DNA of 64,000 nucleotides. It comes from Monocercomonoides exilis PA203. Its lineage: Eukaryota > Protista > Preaxostyla. A model generated the notes under the pieces. The model was given only the letters and a program-made list of their open reading frames with translations. It searched no databases and had not been told where the DNA came from. The translations under genes and the position numbers were made by a program. Location: NCBI GenBank assembly GCA_001643675.2, contig LSRY02000015.1, positions 1,364,001-1,428,000 on the forward strand. Direction: 5' to 3'. This document shows, piece by piece, positions 1 through 13,596 of this stretch; position 1 is the stretch's first letter, and each line of letters begins with the position of its first letter.

Positions 1-151
1 AATCTTCATTATGAATTGTTGTGAAAAAGGATGTTTCAATAAGAATTTTTGAAAAAATAAATTATTAAGGTATGAAATATTCAAATTTTTAAAAAATAAA
101 TTCTAGATTTTGCAGTAAAAAGGCTAGAATTAAAAAGTTTAGGAAAAGAGA

Positions 152-3100
152 ATGGAAGGACCAATGGTTTTGAATAAAAATATAAGTTCTTTGTGACTCA
201 CTGTTTATATTTATGTTTTTCATTTTTTCGTAATTTGATTAGGATCTTCTAAGCAGGCTGACATCATTTGTTGAATGTGGCAGAAATGAAAGAACACAAA
301 ATGCAATTGCTTTATTTTCATCATTGATGGAAAGTATTTTTTATGCTTCCCTTTGAACGAATCTTTTAGTATTTTTGACTTTTAGAGCTTGTTTCCAATG
401 AGACTTACAACTTTAATAGTTTCTTATCCTTTCTTATCAATTATATTTTGAAGTCAAGCGACTTACAGATTCGGGTGTGATTTTTTTGATTTTTTCAAAA
501 TAGAAAATTTAATTACATTCGAATTTGTCGGACCAAAGCGATTGCTAGAATCAATTTTGCATATGATCGTTTTGCTTCAGTTTCCTCGCCAATGTGATAA
601 AACAGAAGACTCATTATTATTTTCTGTTTACTTGTTGACCAAATCAAATGAAGCGGCTTTTCAAAAATTTGGATTGAAGTTGCTTTCTCAAATATTCCAA
701 TCACCAGATTCATTAGATCCTCAAATTTTGATGCAATCACCTCTTTTGTTCTCACTTCCTCTGGTTTTAAAGTCTTTTTCTATTTCTGAAACAGAGAAAT
801 GCGATGTCGTAGATGTTATAGAACAAATTGTAAAAAGCGGAGTAACTTCAAAGAAAATCTTGATGCTCAAAGCAGAAATACAATCTACAGCAGAGATGAT
901 TGACGTTGTTGAGAAAGACATCGAAAATATTGAAGACCATACAAAAGATTTACGTCTTGAAGATGATCAAGCAAGTATATCAATAAAGATGAAAGAGGAG
1001 GCGACATTTCGAACTCCACAAGAAAGACATGCCAAATTTGCATCCACTCAGAAAATACAACGAAAATCTCGAGAAGTTCAATTTGACGGGGAATTTGGTG
1101 ATCAATTTAGCAAAACACAGATCCATCCAATCAAAAAAGCAGGTGAAGACAGAATGGGCATGCCATTTGCCGAGAGAGTTAATGACAAGAGCAAAATGAG
1201 AAGATCTAGTTCATCAAAATATCCTGAGTTTGATTCAACAGTCCCAGAAAATAACGTTTCTTCCTTCGTCACTTCTGAGTTTAATCCTTCTAATGCATTA
1301 ACTGCAACTGACTTTAATGAAACAGAGTTTATTTCAGACACTCAAAAATCTTTGCTTAATTCAAGTTTTGAAAGAGAAGAAGACAGATTGAAATCAGAGC
1401 AAGATTTTGACGAATTGAGCGAAGATGAGACTTATCCTCTTGAATACACTTCGAAGGATGAGACAAATTATTCAAATGTTTCTTCACAAAATCGACAAAG
1501 CATCCCGGCAAACAAGACAATAGCTGTATTTACTCGCAACGCAGATAGAAAAGAAAAAAATGATCAGTCAAAAGATGTAAAAGGCGAGTATTTAGTCGAG
1601 AAAAAGAATTCCAGAACATTAAATTTTCCTTCGCATGAGAATGAATGGAAAAAGACGAAAATTCTAAAGAAACCAACAGAAAGTGAAATTAACAAAGAAG
1701 CATATCAAGAAAATTATTTCGATAAATTGGATTTTGAGACCGAAGAGAGTCAGACGAAATTAAGAGAGGATTATGAACAAGATTATAATTATTCTGGAAA
1801 GGAGGCTTCGGCCGAGGAGCTTTTAAGATCTGCAGATGTACTTCTATCGGAAGCAGAAAACGAAAAGAATGATGAAGACTTTCGAGAAGAAATTGTAGAT
1901 TATTCAGATGTTACCTATGGAAGATCAATGAGAGACGAACATGCAATTGGATTAGATGATTCAATTGCAAATACAATGAAAGAATCGAAAACTGTAAAGC
2001 AAAATGAGAGAACGGAATCTACTGATGGGAAAAACGCAACATATCGTTTTCAAAATAACTTTGACATTAAAGATAGGAAATCTGTTGAACAACAAGAAAG
2101 GCTTTTTAAAACAGAACGTTCCAAGATGCCTTCGCAATACCACAATTCTAGTCTTTCAAAAACGTCATATCAAACAATGATTCGCAAACAACCTGTGTCG
2201 AACTTGAGCCAAACAGGAATGCCTCGAACATTACTTGCAACTCGCTTTCCATCCGACTTATCTAAACCATCAGCCATTGGAATAAACACTTCCTTTTCTT
2301 CTGCAGAATCACAAGGGTTCATGCAAACTCTTAACGAACCTGAAGTTGAATTGAATAAAGATGAAGGCCAAAATCAAAAGACGCACATTCCCACAGAAAA
2401 AGAGAAAAGAAGGATGCGTTTGTCAACTACGCAAGCTGTGCAGAAGTTCAAGACACACAAAAACGATTCATTACAATCTGGATTCCATCCAAGCAAAACA
2501 ATGCAAGTAACAGAAAAGACCTTTGCGCAAAAAGAAAAGAAAACTGATTTTGAGAGAGATAAATATCCAGAGGAATCAGATTTTTCTGATCATGATACAG
2601 AAAAGCAGAAAAGTGAAATTGCTTCAACGCCTTTCTCAAGCGCTCCAAAAATTCCTTCCTCCTCTTCTTTTTCTCCAATTCCATCTTCTCCTTTTGCCTC
2701 TCTAATTCAGCCAACAATGGAACGGACTTATTCCGTATTCATGAAAGAGCATGCACTTCCTTCGTATCCGAGTCTTTATGCAACTGTTTCTTATGCACAA
2801 GAACTGGCTAAATCGCAAAACTGTGCGTTTCAGTATCACATACTGACACAATACAACGAAGGGATGTTTGAAACGCCTGCTTCATCAAGATCACTATTGA
2901 ATGATTCAACTTTTACGACTCTTCCTTCTCAGTCAATTGCTTCATCGTCGACTACTCGTCAATTCAATGCATGTGCGTTGTCATCTCCTCCAACTTCTCC
3001 AACCGAGCCTGAAGAGATATTTGACGAAAGAGCCTCAAAAACAGAAAGTTTTAACATGCCTTCTGAAGAGGACATTCATGTTTTCAAATGCTTTGTGAAG

Positions 3101-4799
3101 CAATATACTGCAAGCTCCTCAAAACGCTCATTCAGTGCTTCTTCTTCTCATCCTCCTCCTTCAACTGAGTTATGCGCATCAACTCAATTTTCTGACAATC
3201 CACAAAAATACATTTCAACATTTTTGTCTTCGGTAACATTAGAAAATGCTTTATCAATAGTTCTCACAAACAATAATGAGTATTTATTGCCATATACGCA
3301 ATCATCGAAAAGCACAGAGTCCTTCGTCAAGCAACTTATTCGTGAAGGCGATTCAGATTTAGTAACATTGGAGTTTTTGGGTCAGAGTGTTGCATTGCTA
3401 TCTTCTCTCACGCAAATACTCACGAAATCTGATGATCAGGTGATGATTACTAAAGTGATGCAGTCAATTGTTGGGTGTGATCTTCTTGGATTGGAAGAGG
3501 AAGAACCTTTGATTACAAAAATTGTGCGTTTGAATGGCAATACAAAAACAGAAAAGAGAATAAAAGACGTAAAGAAGAAAACAAATTTCATTCAAAATAT
3601 CTTTAATCGTGAGATTCAGCTTCAAATCTTTACATTAATAAGTGCGATGTTGGGATTTCCGTATGCATTTGTCATTTTTTCATTTATTAATATATTTTTA
3701 ATTGACAATTTCGAAAAATACATCTGGATATTGAATTTTTAATGAACATATGTTAAAATCATCTTTTAAATATTATGTGAAATAAAATAGTGTATCATAC
3801 GTGCACAAATCCATTGTAATGAGTAATGCGATGTATTATTTCCGATCTTGCACACGAAATGATGAGCGATCTTTGCTTTTGATACTAAATATACTTTCAC
3901 AATATGCTTCAAAGTGTGTAATTATTGTATTCAACTTATCTATTTTGACACAATTTTTAAATATTATTTTCTTGACTTTCTATCAAACTCAACCCAATAG
4001 AAAATCCGAATGCAGACTTCTTGTTGAAGATGGAATTATTGAGGAACTATTCGCACTTTTTGATGAAACATTAGATCATTCAGAGCTAGCTTCATCTTCT
4101 TCATTCGTAAGTTCTATCAATTCTCAAGCTTCCCAATTAAATCAGGCCAAAACTTCTTTCAAATCGCAAGTTTCATCATATTCTGTTGCTGACAATTCGT
4201 ATTTCCTCTCAAAAACAACGATTACTCAACCACAAAAACATTCATTATCGAAGCCACCAATATCGCTTCATGCAACCTTGCCTTCAATTTCACAGACTTA
4301 TTCATTGTCTTCATCAATAGCTGATTTAGCTTCATCTATTTTGCTCAGCTGCTGCCTCAGCTCTTCTGGAAAAGAAGTCTGTATCAATTCGATCTTTAGA
4401 ACGCAGCAGGCTATCTTTGCGATGTGTAAGCATCCTTCTCCACAGACACGAGTGTTTGCTTTGACAATCTTGTTTTATTATGTGCATATTCCTCGATTCA
4501 CTGAAGCTGCAGATGTAAATCTTATTGTCGAGGAGGTGAAAGGGATAAAGAAAAAGGCTATTTTCGAAGCTTATGAAAGAGGAGACTCTGAAAAATGCAT
4601 TGGACAGTCATTTTTTGAGGCAATTGAACGAGTTTGCACACAAATTGTTAGTTTTCTGAAATCAGATTCGAAAAGAAAAGCTGGAGAAGATGAATTTGAG
4701 AACGACATTCAATTAGAAGAAAATGAAGACAACGAACAAGAAGAAGTTGATGAAATGATGGACTGGTTTTTGAAGAGTAACAACGACGCACTTGGTTGA
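152..4799 (+). CDS. Multi-exon uncharacterised protein: Leu-rich helical (ARM/HEAT-like) N- and C-terminal regions around a long charged, Ser-rich disordered middle
   Basis: ORFs 542-3742 and 3801-4799 join with short upstream exons through GT-AG introns (ATG 152; exons about 152-166, 243-331, 387-474, 539-3660, then further introns near 3661-3790 and 3914-4000) into a continuous reading MEGPMDLLSRL...KSSDLQIR|RLLESILHM. No family recognised; the ARM/HEAT character is a compositional inference. Confidence 0.75.
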
Positions 4800-5282
4800 A
4801 CGTTGAACCTATTTTAAAGATATATCCAATGATCTGGAAGGGCTCCTTGATTTTTTGCGAAATACAGCATTCAAAATTTACTGATCCAAATGATCAGTCA
4901 TTGAGGATGTGATGCGTGACAAGATCTTCTTTACTTTGTTACAAGAAAAAGCTCTTCTTTTACTAAAACAAATTGATTGCAATTATCAGAAACCTCAATT
5001 TTTGCAGTTTGAGAGCGCAAATACTGATGACACAACTAAACAAAAGATGCTTTTCAACTTCACTTTTGAAAGTGTCAAACAAAATACTAATAAATCAAAA
5101 ACGATCCTCTTTTGCTTTTGATATCAATTTTCATATCAAAATTGAAAAATATCTCAATTTCAATACAAAAATATTTCCTTTTCATGAGGTGCAAAATTTT
5201 CACTTTTGAAAAAAGTGTTCTTAAAACAGGCTATTGCAGTTATAAAAGTCAAAATGTCTGTCTTCGTGTCTTTTTAACATTG

Positions 5283-5348
5283 AGATAAAAAAATAAGATA
5301 AAATAAGATAAAATAAGATAAAATAAAATAAAATAAAATAAAATAAAA
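5283..5348. repeat. Pentanucleotide-type microsatellite (AAGAT/AAAAT)n
   Basis: aagataaaat repeated, then (aaaat)n, directly 3' of the stop codon of the 5355-7703 gene. Confidence 0.9.
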
Positions 5349-5354
5349 TCCCAC

Positions 5355-7703
5355 CTACACATAAAATTCGGGGTGGTTCTCAAAATACTCAGCAACTTCC
5401 GTTGATTCACGAATCAACCTCATTTTTTCCCTTTTCATCGCTTGCCTCTCATCCTTTGTTGGCTTAAATCTTTTCTTCTTTTTTGGAGCTTCAAGGCAAA
5501 ACATATCGCATGCAAACAGCTTCCTTGCATCTGGATTTGCGTTTTCATATCGATTGGTTGTAAACAGCCCCATTTCCGCTTCACACATCGCTCTCATCTC
5601 ATCTCGATGTCTTTGATCAGCTCGCGAATCGGCAGCACTCAAGTGCTTGTCTCTATGAAAGATGTCGCAATAAAAAGAAACAACGCAAACTATTTCAGCT
5701 GCAACTGCTTCATTGCTTCCTTCAAATCGGTTTTGTGTGCTTCCTCCACTTTCTATATAATTCTCTTCTTCAGATCGAAAGGAACATGATACAAATTGAA
5801 ATGAAGTTAATAGAGATTTTTCATCTATCTCATTTTTTGGAGAGGATTTTTCGTGCTGATTCTGATTGAGACCAAAGCTCAAATCTTCATCACAATAACT
5901 AGATTTTACGCTTCTCCCTGTGTGCTTGTTGAACAAGTGTGAATACTTTCTTTTTGTTAATGTTTGAGAATCAATAGTTGAGATAGAATTTGAGGAGGAT
6001 GGGAAAATAAACCCTGATTGCTTATTAACATCATACAATGAAAGCGACTGAGAATAGTGTTGCTTGGATTCTTCTTCTTTTATTGTGCTCGGTTTAATTT
6101 CTCTTTTCTCTGGATTTTCTTTTCTTTTCTTTTCTTTTTCTTCTTTTCTTGCACATACGTCCCAGTATCTTTCCAGCATAGACAATTCTTTCTTTTTTAT
6201 TTCATCTTCCATTTGTTTTTCCCTTTTCTGAATTCTTTTTTCCATGACGCTTTTCTCTTCCTCAGTTAATTTCTCTTCATTTTCAGCTAGAAAAATCTTC
6301 ATTTCTTCAATTGTTAGGTTTGCATTAACATTATCTGTTGTTGCTTTGAGTTTTGTTTTTTGAGGAGAAATATTATCTTCAGCAACATTTTCTTTCCTCT
6401 TTATTTTCTCTTCTTCTTCTTCCCACATCGCTTCGTCTTCAACGCCTTCGATGCCTGCATTCTTCACCCAGACGCCAAATATTTTGTAAAACATTTTGGC
6501 TTCTTGAATGTGCTTTTTAGTGAGATGCTTCATTTTCTTTGTCCATTTTTCGTCGTTAATGGTATAACCTGCATCTTTCCCTATCAAACTGCCATTAGCC
6601 GTCTGCCTCTCTTTCATGAGCCTCGCGTCTTCTTTCTTCCACCGCTCTTCCATTTCTCTTTGCTCCCAAGAAACAACATCCGACTGCTTCTCTCCATCAA
6701 CAATGGTATCCATTTCCATATTCATCAGACTTTGTTGTTTGTGGCAGACAGCTCTCCACCGGTAGAAATTCTCGTCCAGCAATTCGTCCAAAGAAGATGA
6801 CGAACTTGCTTCTGAATTCCTTGATGATATAGAGATCGACGATAATGAACGTTGAATATTCATTTCATCTCCTTTATGTTCGTTCAGATACATATTCTTT
6901 TCTTCATTCATTTTGTTTCTCATATCCAGTGTAGAGCAATCAAGCTGCAGCTCATCTTCCTTCTTTTCTTCCTTTTCCTGTTTCAATCTTTTCTTTTTTT
7001 CCTCTAAAAATCTTTTCCATTCCTCCACTTGCTCATATTCAGATACAAAATAGCACGGAATGAAAGAGTTTTTTTCAAACTTGTTTTCAACAGCCATAAG
7101 AATTTTCTGCTCATCAATTGTTTTCTTTTCCTTATCTTCTTTCAGTATTCCATTTTCTTCACTGAATTTATCATTTTTGAAATCTTCTGATATTCCATTT
7201 ATCTTTTCGACATCAAGTTGATTCGAGTCTTTTTCTTTACTTGAAAATTCAACTTTCTTTTTGCTTTTTTCAATTGTCTCAAAACATTTTAGTGGAAATT
7301 CCGTAATTGCACTTGATGAAGAAGGAGCATGAGAAAAAGAAGGATATAATTCTTCACTTATATGATAGAAACCATAAGAGGTAAAAGATTTATCATAACA
7401 GTCAATTGCTTGAGACTTTGTTGGTATAGAAAACATATGAGAAAATGACTTATCTCTCAAAGAATCATTCATTTTAAAAGGAGAAGTAGATGCAGCGGTA
7501 ATTGATGAAGAAGAATATGAAGCTAATCCATTTCTTTGTCGAAGTGTTTTAAAGCCATTTAATACTCCACTTCGAAAATTATCAGTATCATTATTAAATG
7601 CATTTGAAAAAGGAGAATTTTGATATTTTTCACTTTTTTGAATGTTATCTATGGTCATTGTTTTCAACTTTAAAAGTTCATGAAAAAATAAGTGCCAAAC
7701 CAA
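5355..7703 (-). CDS. Uncharacterised charged/coiled-coil protein, 'EAKxYxxxFGxW' family member 1
   Basis: 782-aa ORF containing RWKKED...HIQEAKMFYKIFGVWVK...EAMWEEEE...LTIEEMK, a motif shared with three other ORFs in the window. True start may be a downstream Met (MTIDNIQ). Confidence 0.8.
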   Translation of the reverse strand: MVWHLFFHELLKLKTMTIDNIQKSEKYQNSPFSNAFNNDTDNFRSGVLNGFKTLRQRNGLASYSSSSITAASTSPFKMNDSLRDKSFSHMFSIPTKSQAIDCYDKSFTSYGFYHISEELYPSFSHAPSSSSAITEFPLKCFETIEKSKKKVEFSSKEKDSNQLDVEKINGISEDFKNDKFSEENGILKEDKEKKTIDEQKILMAVENKFEKNSFIPCYFVSEYEQVEEWKRFLEEKKKRLKQEKEEKKEDELQLDCSTLDMRNKMNEEKNMYLNEHKGDEMNIQRSLSSISISSRNSEASSSSSLDELLDENFYRWRAVCHKQQSLMNMEMDTIVDGEKQSDVVSWEQREMEERWKKEDARLMKERQTANGSLIGKDAGYTINDEKWTKKMKHLTKKHIQEAKMFYKIFGVWVKNAGIEGVEDEAMWEEEEEKIKRKENVAEDNISPQKTKLKATTDNVNANLTIEEMKIFLAENEEKLTEEEKSVMEKRIQKREKQMEDEIKKKELSMLERYWDVCARKEEKEKKRKENPEKREIKPSTIKEEESKQHYSQSLSLYDVNKQSGFIFPSSSNSISTIDSQTLTKRKYSHLFNKHTGRSVKSSYCDEDLSFGLNQNQHEKSSPKNEIDEKSLLTSFQFVSCSFRSEEENYIESGGSTQNRFEGSNEAVAAEIVCVVSFYCDIFHRDKHLSAADSRADQRHRDEMRAMCEAEMGLFTTNRYENANPDARKLFACDMFCLEAPKKKKRFKPTKDERQAMKREKMRLIRESTEVAEYFENHPEFYV

Positions 7704-8097
7704 ATAAAAATTTGCTCACAATTTCAGAATGAGCGAATTCGCTTCGAGGCATGCAATAATTAAGGTGACTATTTTCACTTTTCCCTTCCAAAAAGCTTTC
7801 CTATATTATATAAAATAAAACGATGAAAAATCCATCAAAAAACAATAAAAAACTAACAATTCATTCAAAAAAAGAAATACAAAAATACGAATTTTAAAAT
7901 CTCCATTGAAATTATTATAATTTAGTGAACAATGAACATAAAATAGTTTTTTTGCTAATAACGAAAAAATTATGGGAATGGAAGAAAAATTGAAAAAAGA
8001 AAATAAATCACATAAAATAAATGTCTTATTCATTTTCAACTCATAATTTATAAACAAAATTTCAGAATTCTGAAAACCAGTCAACAACTGAAAATAT

Positions 8098-10095
8098 TTA
8101 CTGTTTCTGATATCTCTTTCCAAATAGAAAATTTTTCCATCGTTTCTTTTCATTAATTGGTCTTTCGTCAAAAGTCCACAAGCGCTGCCTATGATACGGA
8201 GTTGCTTTAAACATCAATTGAACCCACTTTAGTCTTCTTTTCACCATTTCTCTTTTTCGACATTCACGAAATTCCCTTTTGATATTGTGCAGCAGATTTT
8301 CTGATTTAAAAGTAGTATCGTTCATAAAAGAAAGCCCCAATATTATTGTTTCCTCGTTTTTTGTATCTATACAAACATCTTTGCTTGAAGGCATATTTTC
8401 ATTTTCATTTTCTTTAGATTTATATGCATCATCCAGATTTATTCTTTCCATTTGAGTATCAACGCAATCTAATTCGCTTGTCATTTTTTCATCCTGAGAA
8501 TTAATATGAGGCAAATGATCAAAGAATTGTTGTGTTCCACTAGAAACTGAGTAATTTGCTGCGCTTTTGAGTCCAATTTGAGGTAAATCTGAAAAAATAG
8601 CAGATTCGATAGAGATGAACGGATAAGATAAATAATCATATCTGATTGGTAAAATATGTCCTTGATTAGAAGTCGATGCTTGTTGTTGCGTTGAAACGAA
8701 ATCCAAGCGAGAGTCGCGTGTTGATCGCAATAAGAATGATTGAGGTTCTTGAAATGGAGCTAAAGGGGAGGACGCTGATATCTGTAATTTTGATGTTTGA
8801 AGATAAATGTTTGAATTCTCCTGTAATGCTAAAGGCAGTTGATTAGAAGACGTTTCTTCAGGAAAGACTTTTGAAATGTGGTTTGCCTCAAGATGAGTCT
8901 TTGATGATAATCCAGAGGCGGATGCCTCTTTTGATTTTTTAGTGTTACCTACGCAAATGGTATCATGGAATGTGCGAATTTGCAAAGGTCTTTCTCTTTT
9001 CGGATCCTTCTCAATTTTTCTGCTTTTCGCTATCTTTTCGCTTTTCCGAACAAGCTCAGCGACTTTCTCTTCATCGCTCATTTTGCTTTTTCTCCACATC
9101 TTTTCAAGTCGTTTCTTATTGCTATTGATGTAATCAAGCAATTCCTGTTTGCTCATTTGAAGAATTGTTTCTGTCTTTTCTGCTCCACTGATACAACTTT
9201 CGACTCCCTGTGCAATCAACTCCAGCTCTTCTAAAGTAGCGTAATCAGCTTTATTAAGCTCAATATTTGAAGCTATTTTCATTTCTTCTTCTTTCATTTT
9301 TCTTTCTGCTTCTCTCCACATTTCAGCTTCTTCCTTGTCAATCTCCCAATCTTTTGTAATCCACACTCCGAAAAGTCTCATATATTCCTTTGCTTCAAGT
9401 ATTTCTTTTTTGATTTCTTTTCTTCGTTTTGCATTTAAAGTGCTCTTTTTTTCATTGCTATCACTTATGTATTCTTTTATTTCTTTCGAACGACGTTCTT
9501 TCAAATCGCTTAGGCTCCATTTTTTCAAAAGAAACCTTTTTGATTCTTCAGCTGCTGTTTCATCCTTCATTTTTTCTTTTTGTCTGTTGATCATCTGCTT
9601 TTCGTTTTTCAGAACTTCTACTTCAATATCTATAATTTCAGCGTATTCTTCATTCTCAATGCTTTCTTTTTCTCTTGGTTCATCTGAATGTTGCATGAGC
9701 ATTGGAGATTTCATTTCACGTGGCAAAATTGTGGAACAAGGTGAATTTTCTTCGATTTCTGTTGAATTGCCTGTATGATTGAAAAAAGAAGATGATAAAT
9801 AAGATAAGCGAAGGTTTTCCTTTTCCCTTTCAAAAGTTTGAACAGTGTCTATTTTTGCTCGAGTTGGATTATCACGCATGACAACCTTTTCATTCGTCAT
9901 TTGAGTTGAAGAAGTGTAAATAAAACACTTTGATTGATTTTGTCGAAAATTTCTCATTTTATCAACTGAATACCAGCAAGAAGATAGAATGATAGATGTT
10001 TCTCGTGAAGTTTCAATATGTTGCGACGTTTGCGAAAATGGAGCAAAAGAAAAAGCTTTGTAATTGAATGTTGATTTATCTGAAATGCTTCCCAC
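8098..10095 (-). CDS. Uncharacterised protein, 'EAKxYxxxFGxW' family member 2
   Basis: 665-aa ORF with KKWSLSD...EILEAKEYMRLFGVWITKDWEIDKEEAEMWREAE. The ORF opens on a GTG, so a short upstream exon is likely. Confidence 0.8.
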   Translation of the reverse strand: MGSISDKSTFNYKAFSFAPFSQTSQHIETSRETSIILSSCWYSVDKMRNFRQNQSKCFIYTSSTQMTNEKVVMRDNPTRAKIDTVQTFEREKENLRLSYLSSSFFNHTGNSTEIEENSPCSTILPREMKSPMLMQHSDEPREKESIENEEYAEIIDIEVEVLKNEKQMINRQKEKMKDETAAEESKRFLLKKWSLSDLKERRSKEIKEYISDSNEKKSTLNAKRRKEIKKEILEAKEYMRLFGVWITKDWEIDKEEAEMWREAERKMKEEEMKIASNIELNKADYATLEELELIAQGVESCISGAEKTETILQMSKQELLDYINSNKKRLEKMWRKSKMSDEEKVAELVRKSEKIAKSRKIEKDPKRERPLQIRTFHDTICVGNTKKSKEASASGLSSKTHLEANHISKVFPEETSSNQLPLALQENSNIYLQTSKLQISASSPLAPFQEPQSFLLRSTRDSRLDFVSTQQQASTSNQGHILPIRYDYLSYPFISIESAIFSDLPQIGLKSAANYSVSSGTQQFFDHLPHINSQDEKMTSELDCVDTQMERINLDDAYKSKENENENMPSSKDVCIDTKNEETIILGLSFMNDTTFKSENLLHNIKREFRECRKREMVKRRLKWVQLMFKATPYHRQRLWTFDERPINEKKRWKNFLFGKRYQKQ

Positions 10096-10867
10096 ATTAT
10101 CAGAGGATTTAGCATGATTACGATTCGCTAATTTATTAACTTTTGACTGTAATGGTTGATGAATTTCAGAATGTGAATTCTATTATTAAAATACATAACA
10201 AATATTCAAAAATTGAAAATAATCGTTTTACGTAAATTTTTAAACAAAAAAATATAAGGATAATCTGTACTCTGTGTATTTTTTCTTCTGAATCATCGAC
10301 CTTATCTTTCGCTAAAGCTTCCATTAAGGTAAAATCATCCCAAAAGTTATTCCCCATAATATTAATTCGTTTTTTTCTATTTCATGAGTTGTACTTTATA
10401 TTTAAAATAAGTAAATCGGCATCGCTTTGATTTGATGTATAAAAAAATCGTTCATAAAAATTATCTTTTCAAAACAATATGAACTGAGTTTTCTTCTTTT
10501 TATTATTCTTTTGCTCAGAAATCTTGTTGTTAATTTCACCAATTTTTGTTTCATTGCTCTTCACTTTCATCTCAATCATCATCTGAAAGAGACTGAACGT
10601 CAATTCATCTGTATTGAATGTTGCCTTTCTAAAAGAAATTGAATGAAGTAGAAGAAAATCACAATTGTTGAAATGAAGATAGATGCTGTGTGAATGTGCG
10701 AATGAATGATAAAGAGTGTGCGAGTGAAGTCGAAGTGAATGATGAAATTGAGATGATTGAATGAAGTGAATGAAAAATTAAAAAAATTTTGTTGAATTTT
10801 GAAATTATTTTAAAAGAAAAATAAAAGGATATTTTTTGAGTAACAAAGTTAAATGGATTTCAATTTC

Positions 10868-12200
10868 TCAGATATTTATAAAATAATCAGAAATATTCAA
10901 AGATAATGGACAATCATTATTTCTTTTAAAAAATACTAAAGTTTCATAAAAGCTGGTGATAGTATCTTCGTATCCTTCTTCTTCCATCTTTTCACATATC
11001 TTTCTTTTCATTTCTTTTCGTTTAGTTTCGTCCGTTTCTCCATCCGTCTTTTCTTTCAGTCTTTTTGAAATAATCAAAAAGAAATTCAAACAATGATATA
11101 CCATTTCTTCATCCAACGTTGATTGTCTCATTTCATTTATAAATAGATTTATGGCATATCCTTTCAGCAAAGCATCAACATCCACGGACATATTTTCAGC
11201 TGCTTCTTAAAAAAAGATAAATGCATTCAACGCAATTTTCTCTTTGATTATCTTTTGCTGCTCCAAATATATCTGCAATGCTACCAATTAGTCCAACAAA
11301 TTCTTTGTTCCACAATGTGCATACTACAAAGATAAAATAAATTTCTTCGAGCCATCTCCGGATTATAAGCACTTCATTCGTTTCTCTTCCTTCTTCTTCT
11401 TCTTCTTTTCTCTTCCAGTTAACACATTTTGTCTGCTCTTCCAATTCTCTTGATGCCTCCCTCACAAAATGGAGCTCATTCATAATTGCTTCTTCAAAAC
11501 TTTTATAATGCTGGAATGCGTATATAAAAAAATCCCAAGCAGACTGATAAGCAAGTCGTGTCAGATTGTGGTGTTCTTGATGATACAGGATCATGCCTTT
11601 GAACTTTATAAAATACAATTCCTCTGACATTTCCTTTCAAAAATATTGATGAATATAATTATTATTATTATAATTATAATATTGGAGAAAAAATCAAACG
11701 GTCCAGCAACCAACACATCTCAAAGTCAGCAAAGCCATTTCCACTTCTTTCTGAGTCTCCTCGTTTTCCTCTTTGTTCAAGGCCACTTTCAGAAGGTGAG
11801 TCAAACAAATTGGATGCAATTCTAATGGAGCCTCGATGCTCAGCATAAGATAGCATTCGCAAAGATCAACAAGAAATTTTTCATTCTTTCCATTTTTCTT
11901 TTCATTTTCATCTTTAATCATTTTTTCCAATCTTTTCTTCAGTAAAGATTCTTCAAAAGAAATATTCAACATTTTTTTCATCATTTTGAAATATCCAGCA
12001 TGCTTCAACAGAAATAAGGCATTGCTCAACAACATTTTCTTTTCTTCAATCATTTTGTGCATTTTGTCGAATAGATATGTCCATATAATTGATCTAAATT
12101 CTATTTCATTCATTTCATCAATTAATCCATTCATCTCTTCAATTTTCCGTTTTTGTTCATCTTCTCTGCAATGCTCCAGTTCATGGAACAATTCTTCAGA
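10868..12200 (-). pseudogene. Fragmented member of an expanded lineage-specific alpha-helical protein family (ELEHCREDEQKRKIEEMN... / YHQEHHNLTRLAYQSAW)
   Basis: Three collinear ORFs (11694-12191, 11196-11630, 10868-11191) read as one protein broken by an AT-rich interruption and a frameshift, with no clear ATG. The motifs resemble, from memory, a highly expanded uncharacterised Monocercomonoides family. Confidence 0.6.
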
Positions 12201-13218
12201 AGCAATTAAATAATTTTAAATTCGTTCAAAATTGTTCAATCCAAATAAATGAGCAAACTCCAAAACTTCTTGGTTTGGCTCATTCCTCAAAATCCGTTTT
12301 CAGACTTATCGTTATCGAATACAATCATTCGGTTTGTTGCAAAAAATATTCAAAACGAAGGGTGAAGTGTGGCAAGCAGCAAAATAAAAGATATATACAA
12401 TCTTTGTTTAATTACTTGCAAAACAAAAAGTATAACAACGCATACGTTTATCTTTTTACTTTACAAAAAGAAGTACAAAAGAAAGTGAAAAGAATTCACA
12501 AGTATTGGCTGTATATGTTTTGAAATATACTTGTTTTGTTTATTTTTGATCAAACCAATAAAAATTCAAAATAAACTAAATAAAATGAGATTTGATTTTT
12601 ATGAAAATGAACATTTATTAACTAATTTCGGAGATGCACCAATCAATAGCAACATAGTGGAAGTTCTATTATTTTTAACAGTCAAACAGACAGATAAACT
12701 AATTCTTGAAGAGAAAATGTTTGACACATGTCTGGACTAAAACACTGACAGAAAAATAAGCAACAGATGAAAGCCTTATCAACACAAAAAAAATTCAGGC
12801 TATTTGTTGGTCGAGTTGAAAGTCTTTATCGAGAAATAATGAGATTTGAACTTTTCTAATTTTTTTTATTTGCAATAATTATTTAGAATTGAAAACATTT
12901 TTACAAATTTTAATATTTTTATAAAATTTTAAAAAATAAATATCAGTATAATGAAATGAAATGATAAAAAACATTTTGATTTTTTTGAGAAAAACACAAA
13001 ATTATATTTTTTTGATCAATTGTTATATCGAATTGTTCGATGCTATTTCTCTTCCTATGACAATCGCGCATTCCAGTGTTCAATATAATTAATATGCTAC
13101 ACATTCCTTTAATTTCGATATCAAAGAGCAAGGAATTGATTCAATTTTCAAATTTTTTTTCTTTATGAATATATATGTTCAAAAAATAACAAATGCGACG
13201 AAATTTTTTGCTTTATGA

Positions 13219-13380
13219 ATTTTGTTCCACACATTTCTTTCAAAGATTTTTCTCCACTTTTTTATATTTCTTATTTAATAGAGCACAGTAATGTCAGTTT
13301 TATGATTATACGATTGCAAAAAAAAATGTCCGAAACTAATCAATGATTATTTCATAAATGAAAGAATTCTGTCCCAAATA
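13219..13380 (+). repeat. Dispersed ~160-bp repeat with direct terminal AATTTTGT(T)CC motifs, copy 1
   Basis: Aligns by eye with 57291-57450 (+) and with the reverse complement of 26545-26703. Confidence 0.6.
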
Positions 13381-13596
13381 AGTATAGCTGCAAATTTTAA
13401 TAATAGTGGACACTGTCAATAACTGTGAATAGTGGAATTATCTTTACTACAATTTACAGAAACATTTCAACAATTAATCAAATAATGCTCTATTCGTAAG
13501 CACACTTCTTTGACATTCAGGAATGAAACAACACACTCAGTTAATAAATAAAAAATCATTTTCAATTTTCGGAAAAACTCGGAGAAAAAAATATAT